From the IMG/VR virus record IMGVR_UViG_2529292920_000022: a stretch of 20,795 bases of DNA; one strand, written 5' to 3'. Source of the stretch: a virus. Taxonomy: Duplodnaviria; Heunggongvirae; Uroviricota; Caudoviricetes. A program made the translations under genes and the position numbers. The first letter of the stretch is position 1; each line of letters starts with the position of its first letter. Under the pieces are notes generated by a model. It saw only the letters and a program-made list of their open reading frames with translations, had not been told where the DNA came from and made no database searches. Of this stretch, positions 8,230 through 17,285 are shown piece after piece.

Positions 8230-10972
8230 TCTTATCCGTCAGGTTATCAGTGCGTCTGAAAACAACTGGCCTCATGTGCTGGGCTGCCTGAACATAAATG
8301 TCCCTGACTCTCCGCGCCGTCATGCTCCCTGCCCTGCATGTGGGGGCAAAGATCGATTCCGGTTCGATGACAACGGGCGCGGTAGCTTCATCTGTAATCA
8401 GTGCGGCGCTGGTGATGGGCTGGATTTAATTAAACGCGTAAATAACTGCGACACAACAGAGGCGGCGCTGCTTGCCGCTGATGTTCTGGGTATTGATTAC
8501 CGGACAACGGAAACACCAGAAGCCACCAGCCAGAAACGGGAACAACTGGAAACCGAGCGCCAGCAACGCGAACAGGAGCGCCTGAAAAGGGCGGAGAAGG
8601 ACGAACAACAAAGACGGGATACGTTTTCCCGTCAGTTTGATGACATGCGCAGAAAGGCTGTAAACGGCAAATCTGATTATCTGGTTGCGAAAGGGGTAGG
8701 TGATTTTACATTCCCCGTGTTGCCCGATGGATCTCTGTTGCTGGCGCTGGTGGATAAATCCGGCGCAGTCACAGCAGCACAGACTATTACCTCACATGGT
8801 GAAAAAAGACTCCTGACAGGTTCAGCAAAGCGGGGGGCATATCACGCCATAAACGCACCAGAAACAACACAGAGCATCTTAATCGCAGAAGGGCTGGCAA
8901 CGGCATTATCTGCCCATTTAATTCGTCCAGAGGCGCTGACAGTGGCGGCGATTGATGCCGGGAACCTGTTATATGTCGCCCAGGTACTGCGGGATAAATT
9001 TCCTTCAGCACAAATCATCATTGCTGCGGATAACGACCACAGCGAAGGAAGACAAAACACGGGGAGAATAGCAGCAGAAAAAGCAGCTTTATCTGTTTCT
9101 GGATGGGTGGCATTACCCCCGACAGGTCACAAAGCAGACTGGAATGATTACCACCAAAAACACGGCATTAAATGCGCCACAGAAGCGTTCAATAAGTCAA
9201 TGTACCAACCACAGGGTAATGGCGTGAAACAGGAGCCACAGACCATTGAGGGAAGCGATTTTAAGGTTATGGATACCGACCCACTGAAACCAAGAATAGA
9301 AAGCCGCGAGGATGGTATTTATTGGGTATCTCCGAGAGCTGACAGCCAGAGTGGAGAAATCATCAATAACGAAAGCTGGTTATGTTCTCCGTTAAGCGTT
9401 ATCGGTACTGGCAGAGACGATAAAGACCAGTATCTCATTCTTCGCTGGCTGTCGTTTGGTTCTGAAACGCCGACAACCGCTGCCATTCCACTGGCTGATA
9501 TTGGTGAACGTGAAGGATGGCGCACACTTAAAGCTGGTGGGGTAAATGTCACGACCAAAAGCAGCCTCAGAGCAATACTGGCAGACTGGCTACAACGCAG
9601 TGGCTCTCGTGAATTGTGGCGTGTTGCTCATGCCACTGGCTGGCAATGCGGAGCGTACATCATGCCTGATGGGGAAATCATCGGAACACCTGAAAATCCT
9701 GTGCTGTTCAGCGGGAGAAGCTCAGCCGCAGCCGGATATACCGTCTCAGGGAGCGCGCAAAGCTGGCGTGATAACGTGGCGCGTCTGGCCTTTGGTAACT
9801 ATTCAATGATGACCGGGATCGGCGCAGCACTGGCAGCACCATTGATTGGGCTGGTGGGCGCTGACGGGTTCGGCATTCATTTCTATGAGCAGTCGAGCGC
9901 AGGTAAGACCACCACGGCAAACGTGGCGAGCAGCTTATACGGCAACCCTGATTTACTGCGGCTGACGTGGTACGGAACCGCGCTGGGGCTGGCAAATGAG
10001 GCCGCCGCCCACAATGACGGACTAATGCCGCTTGATGAAGTTGGTCAGGGCGCTGATCCTGTCAGCGTTTCACAGTCTGCCTATGCGTTATTTAACGGTG
10101 TAGGGAAACTGCAAGGCGCTAAAGATGGTGGAAACCGGGATCTAAAACGCTGGCGTACAGTGGCAATCAGCACCGGAGAAATGGATTTAGAAACATTTAT
10201 CGCTACTTCCGGGCGAAAAACCAAAGCCGGGCAACTGGTGCGACTGCTGAATATTCCGTTGAGTAAAGCAGTACGCTTTCACGATTACCAGAACGGAAAA
10301 CAGCACGCAGACGCACTGAAAGACGCTTACCAGCATCACCATGGCGCAGCCGGGCGTGAGTGGATTAAATGGCTGGCAGACCACCAGCAACAGGCTATTA
10401 AAACTGTTCGTGATTGCGAAAGCAGATGGAGAAGCCTGATCCCACCCGATTATGGTGAGCAGGTTCACCGTGTAGCCGCGCGATTTGCCATTCTGGAGGC
10501 CGCATTGTTGTTAGGCGAGGTTGTAACAGGCTGGGATGCTCAGACATGCCGTGATGCGATACAGCACAGCTATAACGCATGGTTGCGCGAGTTCGGCACA
10601 GGTAACAAAGAGCATCAGCAGATTATTGAACAAACGGAGGCATTTCTTAATGCCTATGGGCTTAGCCGTTTTGCACCATTTCCATACAGCCCGGCAGATT
10701 TGCCCATCAAAGATTTAGCCGGATACCGTCAGCGTGGAGAACATGACGAAAGCCCAATGATTTTCTACACATTCCCGGCCACATTTGAAAAGGAGATCGC
10801 ATGTGGTTTCAACGCAAAACAGTTTGCTGAAGTGTTGAAAAAAGCCGGGATGCTAACCCCACCAAACAGCGGTCGTGGATACCAAAGAAAATCACCACGT
10901 ATTCAGGGACGACAAATAAACGTTTATGTACTCAATTACCAGCCAGGAGATTATAACTCATCTGAAGAATGA
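8213..10972 (+). CDS. Primase-helicase (P4 alpha-like: zinc-binding primase region, TOPRIM, C-terminal helicase domain)
   Basis: 919-aa ORF. N-terminal Cys cluster (CPACGGKDRF...CNQCG); TOPRIM-like acidic motifs (IAEGLATALS..., IIIAADNDHSEGRQNTG); Walker A-like GIHFYEQSSAGKTT and Walker B-like LMPLDEVG. The ATG at 8216 is the likely start (8213 is GTG). Confidence 0.9.
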   Translation: MMRNIDLIRQVISASENNWPHVLGCLNINVPDSPRRHAPCPACGGKDRFRFDDNGRGSFICNQCGAGDGLDLIKRVNNCDTTEAALLAADVLGIDYRTTETPEATSQKREQLETERQQREQERLKRAEKDEQQRRDTFSRQFDDMRRKAVNGKSDYLVAKGVGDFTFPVLPDGSLLLALVDKSGAVTAAQTITSHGEKRLLTGSAKRGAYHAINAPETTQSILIAEGLATALSAHLIRPEALTVAAIDAGNLLYVAQVLRDKFPSAQIIIAADNDHSEGRQNTGRIAAEKAALSVSGWVALPPTGHKADWNDYHQKHGIKCATEAFNKSMYQPQGNGVKQEPQTIEGSDFKVMDTDPLKPRIESREDGIYWVSPRADSQSGEIINNESWLCSPLSVIGTGRDDKDQYLILRWLSFGSETPTTAAIPLADIGEREGWRTLKAGGVNVTTKSSLRAILADWLQRSGSRELWRVAHATGWQCGAYIMPDGEIIGTPENPVLFSGRSSAAAGYTVSGSAQSWRDNVARLAFGNYSMMTGIGAALAAPLIGLVGADGFGIHFYEQSSAGKTTTANVASSLYGNPDLLRLTWYGTALGLANEAAAHNDGLMPLDEVGQGADPVSVSQSAYALFNGVGKLQGAKDGGNRDLKRWRTVAISTGEMDLETFIATSGRKTKAGQLVRLLNIPLSKAVRFHDYQNGKQHADALKDAYQHHHGAAGREWIKWLADHQQQAIKTVRDCESRWRSLIPPDYGEQVHRVAARFAILEAALLLGEVVTGWDAQTCRDAIQHSYNAWLREFGTGNKEHQQIIEQTEAFLNAYGLSRFAPFPYSPADLPIKDLAGYRQRGEHDESPMIFYTFPATFEKEIACGFNAKQFAEVLKKAGMLTPPNSGRGYQRKSPRIQGRQINVYVLNYQPGDYNSSEE

Positions 10973-10997
10973 GCTTCTTCATGTGCGTAGAAAAGGT

Positions 10998-11108
10998 GTT
11001 GGTTCAGTTGGTTCAGTTGGTTCAATTTGTAAAGAGTATTGTTTTATAAGGATTTTATTCTTTTTATTGAACCAACACTGAACCAACAACACGGTATTTT
11101 GAACCAAC
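10998..11108. repeat. Iteron array, putative replication origin (left copy of an inverted pair)
   Basis: Three tandem GTTGGTTCA 9-mers (about 10998-11024), a 44-bp AT-rich spacer, then three TGAACCAAC 9-mers (the reverse complement) at about 11069, 11079 and 11100. Lies immediately 3' of the primase gene. Confidence 0.6.
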
Positions 11109-11428
11109 ACAATGTGACTGAATTGATGCGCACAACACCTGGCTGGCATCAGAGAGTGTTTTACGAGACTTTCGTAAAATCCTGTGTACAAGGGCGTGAC
11201 GTTTTTGAAAGTGAGCACTACGAAATTTTCGTAGTTCAAAAAACAGCCTCTGAGAAGTTGTTATGCCTGTTCAGCAAACCATCCGCATAGCTGATCGCGA
11301 ATCAAATTACCAATGGAGCCAGAAGCAAGGGCAGAACTGAAAAGCGCCTGCCGTGAAGAGTAATGCGATACCATAAATATAGTTTTTAGAGTCCATAAAA
11401 AACCTGTCAAAACCTGACACACAGAACG

Positions 11429-11462
11429 ATGCCACCAGCTACTGAGCGGTGGCATTTTTTTG
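11429..11462 (+). terminator. Rho-independent terminator
   Basis: 8-bp stem ATGCCACC / GGTGGCAT with an 11-nt loop, followed by 8 or more T. Confidence 0.6.
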
Positions 11463-11556
11463 TGCTATTTGTTTCATATTTTGCAATTACGATGATGAAT
11501 ATTGCGATTTGTGAAACCATAATAACTGTTGTTTTATACAGTTCTAAGGGGGCGTT

Positions 11557-11718
11557 ATGGCTATTTCAGTAAAGCCGGTATTGATAAGTGAGAAGCAAAT
11601 GGAAGCGATAAAGAAAATTCAGGAAGAGCAGCGTAAAAAATCAGGAATTGGAGTAGCGCCAACTCTGCATGAAATTGCACGAGGGTTAATAGATAAGGCG
11701 CTGGCAGGCTGTATGTGA
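11557..11718 (+). CDS. Small hypothetical protein (53 aa), possible regulator
   Basis: ORF MAISVKPVLISEKQMEAIKKIQEEQRKKSGIGVAPTLHEIARGLIDKALAGCM with AAGGGGG RBS. Below the ORF-track length cutoff. First gene after the terminator and promoter-like AT-rich region. Confidence 0.4.
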   Translation: MAISVKPVLISEKQMEAIKKIQEEQRKKSGIGVAPTLHEIARGLIDKALAGCM

Positions 11719-11734
11719 AAATGGATGGCATCGC

Positions 11735-12196
11735 ATGGAACTAAAATTTATTGATAACCCTGTGCGATTACAGGCCTTTCTTAACGAGCCAGGCAATACC
11801 GAAAATATTGTTGAGCCGGGGCACACGTACTACATCAAGCCTGATGCGGTATATCTCGGCATCTACGAAGGATTAGTGCTGGCTGGCGTTCATGAAGTGC
11901 GTAACTTCTGGCATAGCGTTGTTGAATGCCATGCGGTGTACGACCCCGGATTCCGTGGTGAATATGCACTGCAAGGGCATCGATTATTCTGCAAATGGCT
12001 TCTCGAAAACTCACCATTCCTTAACAGCATCACCATGGTTCCTGACACCACCAAATACGGACGGGCAATTATCCGTTTGCTTGGCGCTACCCGTGTTGGT
12101 CACCTTGATGATGCTTATATCAGATGTGGTAAACCCGTCGGCGTAACGCTTTATCAGTTAACTCGGCAACAATATAAGGAATTCAGCGAATGTTAA
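11735..12196 (+). CDS. Phage virion-assembly-associated protein, P22 gp14-like by position (tentative)
   Basis: 153-aa ORF translationally coupled (ATGTTAA overlap) to the following three genes. Assigned by position in a gp14-gp7-gp20-gp16-like array; the sequence itself is not diagnostic to me. Confidence 0.4.
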   Translation: MELKFIDNPVRLQAFLNEPGNTENIVEPGHTYYIKPDAVYLGIYEGLVLAGVHEVRNFWHSVVECHAVYDPGFRGEYALQGHRLFCKWLLENSPFLNSITMVPDTTKYGRAIIRLLGATRVGHLDDAYIRCGKPVGVTLYQLTRQQYKEFSEC

Positions 12197-12867
12197 TTAC
12201 CCATATAGCTCATAAACATCTCAATCGTGCCGTATACGAAAAAGGCGGTGATGGTGGTGCCTCTAAAGCTCAGGCGAAGGCCCAGCAGCAGGCAATTGAT
12301 TTGCAGCGCGAGCAGTGGAATACGGTGATGAATAATCTCAAGCCGTATGCAGAAGTCGGATTGCCTGCTTTACAACAACTGCAAGGACTGATGACTCTGG
12401 AAGGGCAGAATAAAGCCGCGAATGATTTCTTTGGTTCTGGTTTATATAAAACACAGGCAGATCAGGCCCGTTATCAGAACCTTGTCTCAGCAGAAGCTAC
12501 CGGGGGGCTTGGCTCAACAGCTACCAGTAACCAGTTATCTTCCATTGCGCCCATGCTTTATAACAATTGGCTCAGTGGGCAAATGCAAAATTATGGAAAC
12601 CTGCTAAATGTCGGGATGAATGCGGCATCAGGGCAGGCAACGGCAGGGCAAAACTACGCCAATAATACCGGACAACTCTTGCAGGGGCTTGGCGCTATTC
12701 GTGCAGGTCAGGCGCAGCAGCCATCCAGTCTTGCGCGTGGTATTGGTGGGGCAGCATCAGGCGCTTTAGCGGGTGCGCAACTTGGTTCCGTTGTTCCTGG
12801 AATAGGAACTGCGGCCGGCGCTATTGGTGGTGGGCTTATTGGTCTTGTTGGGGGGCTTGGATTCTAA
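12190..12867 (+). CDS. Ejection (internal virion) protein, P22 gp7-like
   Basis: 225 aa (P22 gp7 is about 229 aa as I recall). Gln/Ala/Gly-rich with a Gly-rich hydrophobic C-terminus (GIGTAAGAIGGGLIGLVGGLGF). TAATG coupling to the next gene. Confidence 0.55.
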   Translation: MLITHIAHKHLNRAVYEKGGDGGASKAQAKAQQQAIDLQREQWNTVMNNLKPYAEVGLPALQQLQGLMTLEGQNKAANDFFGSGLYKTQADQARYQNLVSAEATGGLGSTATSNQLSSIAPMLYNNWLSGQMQNYGNLLNVGMNAASGQATAGQNYANNTGQLLQGLGAIRAGQAQQPSSLARGIGGAASGALAGAQLGSVVPGIGTAAGAIGGGLIGLVGGLGF

Positions 12868-14288
12868 TGGCGACATGGCAACTTGGCGGGCTGCCTAGCA
12901 TGGCACCGCAAAATGATAATGCTCCTCGTTCTTCCGTTCCTCAGCCTGTGCAGTATCAGCAGCAGCCAAACGTAGGTTTAATGGCGCTACAGGGGCTAAG
13001 AGGCGTTGCTGAGATTAATCAGCAGGCACGTCAACAACAGCGTAAATCAGAGTTTCAGAAAGCATATGCCGGGGCTTTTGAGTCTGGAGACAGAAACAAA
13101 ATGCGCAGTCTTATTTCTGAGTATCCAGAAGAATTTGAAAGCGTTCAGAAAGGGATGGGCTTTATTGATGACGACCAGAGAAATTCTATTGGTCATCTTG
13201 CGACTAGTGCTCAAATCGCATCTTCGCTCGGAACTGGGGCATTTGGAAAATTCATAGCAGATAACGAAGATGAAATGCGTCGCTTGGGAATTTCTCCTGA
13301 GTCTGTTGCCGAAATGCATGTTAATGATCCACAGGGATTCCAGCGGCTTGCTGGTAGTATGGCACTGTTTTCTCTCGGTCATGAGAAGTATTTCGATATC
13401 AAAGATCAAATGGAAGGTCGGGATATTGAGCGAGGCAGGCTGGCAGAGACAATCCGCAGCAATCAGGCTGGCGAAGCACTTCAGGCGAGAGGGCAGGATA
13501 TTAGCCGAGCAAATGCGTTAACGTCAGCATATGCACCAACAGCAGCAATGCAGAATTACAATCAGTACGCTCAAATGTTAAAGGCGGATCCAGAGGGGGC
13601 GGCGGCATTTGCGGCAGCGGCTGGAATTAATACAAACGCCAAAAAATTAATGAGTGTTAGAGAAAACGATGATGGCACTGTCACAAAATACTACACAGAC
13701 GGAAGTGAAGAGCAGGGAAAACTAAACCAGCCAATATCTGGAGATGGGTTTCGTCCAATAGCTTTGCCAACAGCCCAAAAGATCATGGAAAAGTCGCCAG
13801 AAGGGGCTAAAAAAGCTGCTGGATTTGCATACAGGGTTAGGGATGCTCTTGATTCAATAGATACACTGAAAGACCAGCTTAGCCCACAGCGAGTGGCGAT
13901 CATTAATAATGCTTTGGGTAATGGGACGCTGGCTAACTTAACGCTCAGCCCAACAGAGCAGCAATACGTTGTTAATGCTAATGACGCAATAATGGCAATA
14001 CTCCGTCAGGAAACAGGGGCAGCTATCGTACCTGCTGAAATGTCAAAATATTATCAAATGTATTTCCCTCAGCCTGGCGACTCCACAAAAACCATTGATA
14101 CCAAGCGCCGGAAGATGGAAAACCAGTTCAATTCGCTGAAAGCTGCTTCTGGTCGAGCTTATGATGCTTTGCGGGTTATTTCAGCAGTTGACAGAGGAAC
14201 GTCTTCTTCGTCGCAGACATTGCCGCAATCTGAGCAGGTATCACAGCCAGCAGCCAGCAGTAACTTTTCTTCACTATGGGGTGATTAA
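12867..14288 (+). CDS. Ejection protein, P22 gp20-like
   Basis: 473 aa (P22 gp20 is about 471 aa as I recall). Low-complexity Q/A-rich N-terminus. TAATG coupling on both sides. Confidence 0.55.
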   Translation: MATWQLGGLPSMAPQNDNAPRSSVPQPVQYQQQPNVGLMALQGLRGVAEINQQARQQQRKSEFQKAYAGAFESGDRNKMRSLISEYPEEFESVQKGMGFIDDDQRNSIGHLATSAQIASSLGTGAFGKFIADNEDEMRRLGISPESVAEMHVNDPQGFQRLAGSMALFSLGHEKYFDIKDQMEGRDIERGRLAETIRSNQAGEALQARGQDISRANALTSAYAPTAAMQNYNQYAQMLKADPEGAAAFAAAAGINTNAKKLMSVRENDDGTVTKYYTDGSEEQGKLNQPISGDGFRPIALPTAQKIMEKSPEGAKKAAGFAYRVRDALDSIDTLKDQLSPQRVAIINNALGNGTLANLTLSPTEQQYVVNANDAIMAILRQETGAAIVPAEMSKYYQMYFPQPGDSTKTIDTKRRKMENQFNSLKAASGRAYDALRVISAVDRGTSSSSQTLPQSEQVSQPAASSNFSSLWGD

Positions 14289-16393
14289 TGGCTAAAGCAT
14301 GGAAAGATGTTATCGCCTCTCCACAGTATCAGGCGTTAGCACCAGAACAAAAAGCGCAGGCTCAGGAGCAATACTTCAATGAAGTCGTTGCCCCGCAAGC
14401 CGGAGAAAGTGTAGAGCAGGCTAAGCAGGCTTTTTATGCTGCCTATCCACTACCATCAACGAATGAAATAGACCGATCCCAATCAGCAACTCAAAATATT
14501 CAACATACATCATCTGATAATTCTCTTGCGTCAGGGTATGCAAAGTTAGCTACTCAGCAAAGAGAGGGGCTTGAGCGTTCAGCAGAACAGGGAGCCAGTC
14601 TTGGGGCTGCGATGCGCGATGCTATAACAGGCGAAAGCCGAATGACTTCAGAGATGGAGAGACTGCAAAATGTCGCCTCTGCCCCAGAATTGAACTCACT
14701 AAGCATGGATGCCCTAAAGGCTGGATGGTCCCAACTTTTCGGCTCTGACGCGTCTCAGGAAAAGATTCTTCAGGGAATGGGGGCGACATTAAGGCAGGAT
14801 GAGAAGGGGAATACTATCGTTTCTCTGCCATCAGGTGATTATGCCCTGAACAAGCCGGGTTTATCACCGCAAGACCTGACTTCGTTTCTTGCTAATGCGT
14901 TGGCGTTTACACCAGCGGGCAGGGCTGGAACGGTGCTTGGTGCCATAGGAAAATCAGCAGCTACAGATTTAGCACTACAGGGAGCCACCAGCCTTGCTGG
15001 TGGAGAAGATATTGATCCGTTACAAACGGTAATTTCTGCTGGTATTGGTGGTATTGGTAAGGGGCTGGAAAATACAGCGAGTGCGGTTTCGAGGGCTGTT
15101 CGTGGTGATATGTCGCCTGAAGCAAAGGCTGCTGTCGACTTTGCATCGGAAAGAAATCTGCCGTTAATGACCAGTGACATGCTGAAAGATAAAACCTTTA
15201 TGCAGAGTCAGGCTCAGACATTAGGCGAAAGAGTTCCTTTTTTTGGAACCGGTAAGAATCGGCTGAATCAACAACAAGCACGAGAAAATTTAGTCAGAAC
15301 ATTTAGCGATGGTCTGGGTGGCATTTCTGATAAACAGCTTTATGAATCTGCGACTAAAGGGCAACAAAAATTCATTGAGGCAGCAGGAAAGCGATATAAC
15401 CGCATAATTGACGCTATGGGGGATACCCCTGTCGATCTCTCAAACACGGTAAAAGCTATCGACAATCAGATTGCCGTGTTAAGCCGCCCGGGCAAATCTC
15501 AGGATAGAGCCGCGGTAAAAGTCTTGCAGCAATTTAAAGACGATATCACCAGCGGACCAAATGACCTGCGCCTGGCGAGGGAAAACAGAACCGATCTTCG
15601 AAAGCGATTTATTGCGTCATCTGACACTGTTGATAAAGATACGCTCCAGAAAGCCAGCGATATTATCTACAAGGCATATACGGCGGATATGAAAAAAGCC
15701 GTAGCCAAAAATCTTGGAGCAGACGAAGCCATTAATATGGCAAGGGTTGATCGCTCATGGTCTAAATTCAATGACATGATGGGAAGAACGCGCGTTCAAA
15801 AGGCAATAGCCAGCGGCAAGGCCACGCCTGAGGATGTAACAAAACTCGTTTTTAGCCAAAGCCCATCAGAACGTTCTCAGCTTTACAGGCTTCTGGATGA
15901 CAATGGTAGGCAAAACGCACGAGCAGCCATAGTTCAGAATGCTGTAGATAAGGCGACTGATCCGTCTGGAAATATCAGTGTTGAGAAGTTTATTAATGCG
16001 TTACACCGGAACAGGAAGCAATCAGCAACTTTCTTTAAAGGCGTACATGGGAAGGAACTGGACGGCGTTATTAAATACCTCAACGATACAAGACACGCGG
16101 CAAAAGCGAACGTTCAAAACTTAAATGGTCAGCAGCTTTATGGATTGTTAGTTGGTGGTGGCATCATAAACGCAGCAGTATTAGCGGGGATGCTAAAAAC
16201 GGCTGCGTTTGTTGTTCCTGCTGCTGGTGCCGTAGGCGGAGCAGCGAAGGCATACGAAACCCCTGTTATACGAAATGCCTTGTTACGTCTGGCAAATACG
16301 CCAAAAGGTAGCACAGCATATGACAGAGCGATCAGTACGGTCACACAATCGCTCACCAGAGTCGCACAGGCATCACAAAAAGAAGCTCAATAA
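14288..16393 (+). CDS. Ejection protein, P22 gp16-like
   Basis: 701 aa. Ala/Gln/Gly-rich with a C-terminal hydrophobic Gly/Ala segment (LLVGGGIINAAVLAGMLKTAAFVVPAAGAVGGAA). Last gene of the four-gene coupled operon. Confidence 0.55.
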   Translation: MAKAWKDVIASPQYQALAPEQKAQAQEQYFNEVVAPQAGESVEQAKQAFYAAYPLPSTNEIDRSQSATQNIQHTSSDNSLASGYAKLATQQREGLERSAEQGASLGAAMRDAITGESRMTSEMERLQNVASAPELNSLSMDALKAGWSQLFGSDASQEKILQGMGATLRQDEKGNTIVSLPSGDYALNKPGLSPQDLTSFLANALAFTPAGRAGTVLGAIGKSAATDLALQGATSLAGGEDIDPLQTVISAGIGGIGKGLENTASAVSRAVRGDMSPEAKAAVDFASERNLPLMTSDMLKDKTFMQSQAQTLGERVPFFGTGKNRLNQQQARENLVRTFSDGLGGISDKQLYESATKGQQKFIEAAGKRYNRIIDAMGDTPVDLSNTVKAIDNQIAVLSRPGKSQDRAAVKVLQQFKDDITSGPNDLRLARENRTDLRKRFIASSDTVDKDTLQKASDIIYKAYTADMKKAVAKNLGADEAINMARVDRSWSKFNDMMGRTRVQKAIASGKATPEDVTKLVFSQSPSERSQLYRLLDDNGRQNARAAIVQNAVDKATDPSGNISVEKFINALHRNRKQSATFFKGVHGKELDGVIKYLNDTRHAAKANVQNLNGQQLYGLLVGGGIINAAVLAGMLKTAAFVVPAAGAVGGAAKAYETPVIRNALLRLANTPKGSTAYDRAISTVTQSLTRVAQASQKEAQ

Positions 16394-16397
16394 CTGG

Positions 16398-16421
16398 TTA
16401 GCCATGGATGGCTAATTTTTG
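16398..16421 (+). terminator. Candidate terminator between convergent genes
   Basis: Inverted repeat TTAGCCAT / ATGGCTAA followed by TTTTT, immediately after the gp16-like stop. Confidence 0.35.
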
Positions 16422-16831
16422 TTCTTTGCTCTCATCCATAGGTAAAGAAGGGAAAGAACAAGACAAAAAACAGAGAATAGATAACCTACCTCATATGGTG
16501 CGCCAAAAAAATTAGCCATTGATACGGGCAAAAAAGCTGAAGCGATCAAAATTGAAAGGCAAAAAATAAGCCCAGTAATATAGTTTATTAAATTCTTAAA
16601 TGAGAAACGTTTTGCTTGATTTACGGTCTTAACGAACGATCGCTTAACGACGGATAAAAGCAAATAGATGGCGACAGTTGCTAATGCCCCTTTCCACCAG
16701 TCTGGATATAGTTTTGCGACAATCAGACCAAGGAAAACCATGATGACAGCCTGAGCATTCACACCAACCCTCCCTTTAGCTTTGTTTAGAATGGCAATCA
16801 TCATATATCCAAGACATGGCATTTGGTACAT
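16412..16831 (-). CDS. AT-rich integral membrane protein; candidate superinfection-exclusion / moron protein
   Basis: 139-aa ORF with about four hydrophobic helices (VIMVFLGLIVAKLY, ATVAIYLLLSVV, GLIFCLSILIASAFL, LFSVFCLVLSLLYLW). Low GC. Convergent with the ejection operon, the position SieA occupies in P22. Confidence 0.55.
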   Translation of the reverse strand: MYQMPCLGYMMIAILNKAKGRVGVNAQAVIMVFLGLIVAKLYPDWWKGALATVAIYLLLSVVKRSFVKTVNQAKRFSFKNLINYITGLIFCLSILIASAFLPVSMANFFGAPYEVGYLFSVFCLVLSLLYLWMRAKNKN

Positions 16832-17285
16832 AGCTTGGGTCGGGATTTCAAATCCGATCCCCGTTGATGGGGCCGTTACAGTACGCGCATATCCTCTTTA
16901 TGTGAAACAGGAAGATTTTTCTGATATCACTGCCACAGCAAAACACCAATTTCGTGACCAGTACGCGCGCGAGGGGTATCAGTTGCAAAAAATTTTGCAA
17001 CTGCGTCCGACCAGTACGCACACGATGGCGGGGAGCACCATAAAACTGTTCTCTACATAAGACAGAGTGGTGGTGATGTGTTGATTATCGGCGTATATGC
17101 GCACAGGACGCGCTATGACGATGTTTTATGCGGGTACACCAATCACATGTATCTGGTGTGATCAATCGCGTTACATGACATCTCATGTTGTGCTGGTGAT
17201 TATCACGACGTTCTGAATCTGGCCTTTGCCTGATATTTTGCGACAAGTACGCGCGCGTAGCATCGACAGCATACACATTGGATAT

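Noticed and set aside
8426-10718. Minus- and plus-strand short ORFs inside the primase gene (for example 8426-8611, 9319-9558, 9708-9995, 10187-10468)
   Set aside because: They are embedded in or antisense to a long, motif-rich primase ORF; chance open frames.
10998-11108. CRISPR array interpretation of the short direct repeats
   Set aside because: The units are 9 bp, occur in both orientations, have no unique spacers of 25-40 bp and no cas genes nearby. The architecture is that of origin iterons.
10979-11455. ORFs 10979-11239 (-), 11039-11290 (+) and 11261-11455 (-)
   Set aside because: They span the iteron and dyad-repeat region; the translations are dominated by the repeats (for example EPTEPTEPT from the 9-mers). 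Treated as non-coding origin and regulatory DNA.
12422-15180. Overlapping and antisense ORFs within the ejection-protein genes (for example 12422-12607, 13047-13409, 14839-15180)
   Set aside because: They lie inside the translationally coupled operon frames and have low-complexity, Cys/His/Arg-rich translations typical of out-of-frame reading.
16832-16900. tRNA-like fragment (GGGATTTCAAATCCGATCCCC) as a possible attachment-site core
   Set aside because: It resembles a T-arm/TPsiC loop only loosely and does not fold into a canonical T-stem. I could not match it to a known tRNA or tmRNA 3' end, and the left attachment site lies outside the window, so there is nothing to compare it with.
16782-17276. 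ORFs 16782-17060 (+) and 17085-17276 (-)
   Set aside because: They fall in the repeat-rich degenerate stretch; the first starts on a TTG inside the membrane-protein gene on the opposite strand, and neither has a start signal or recognisable fold.
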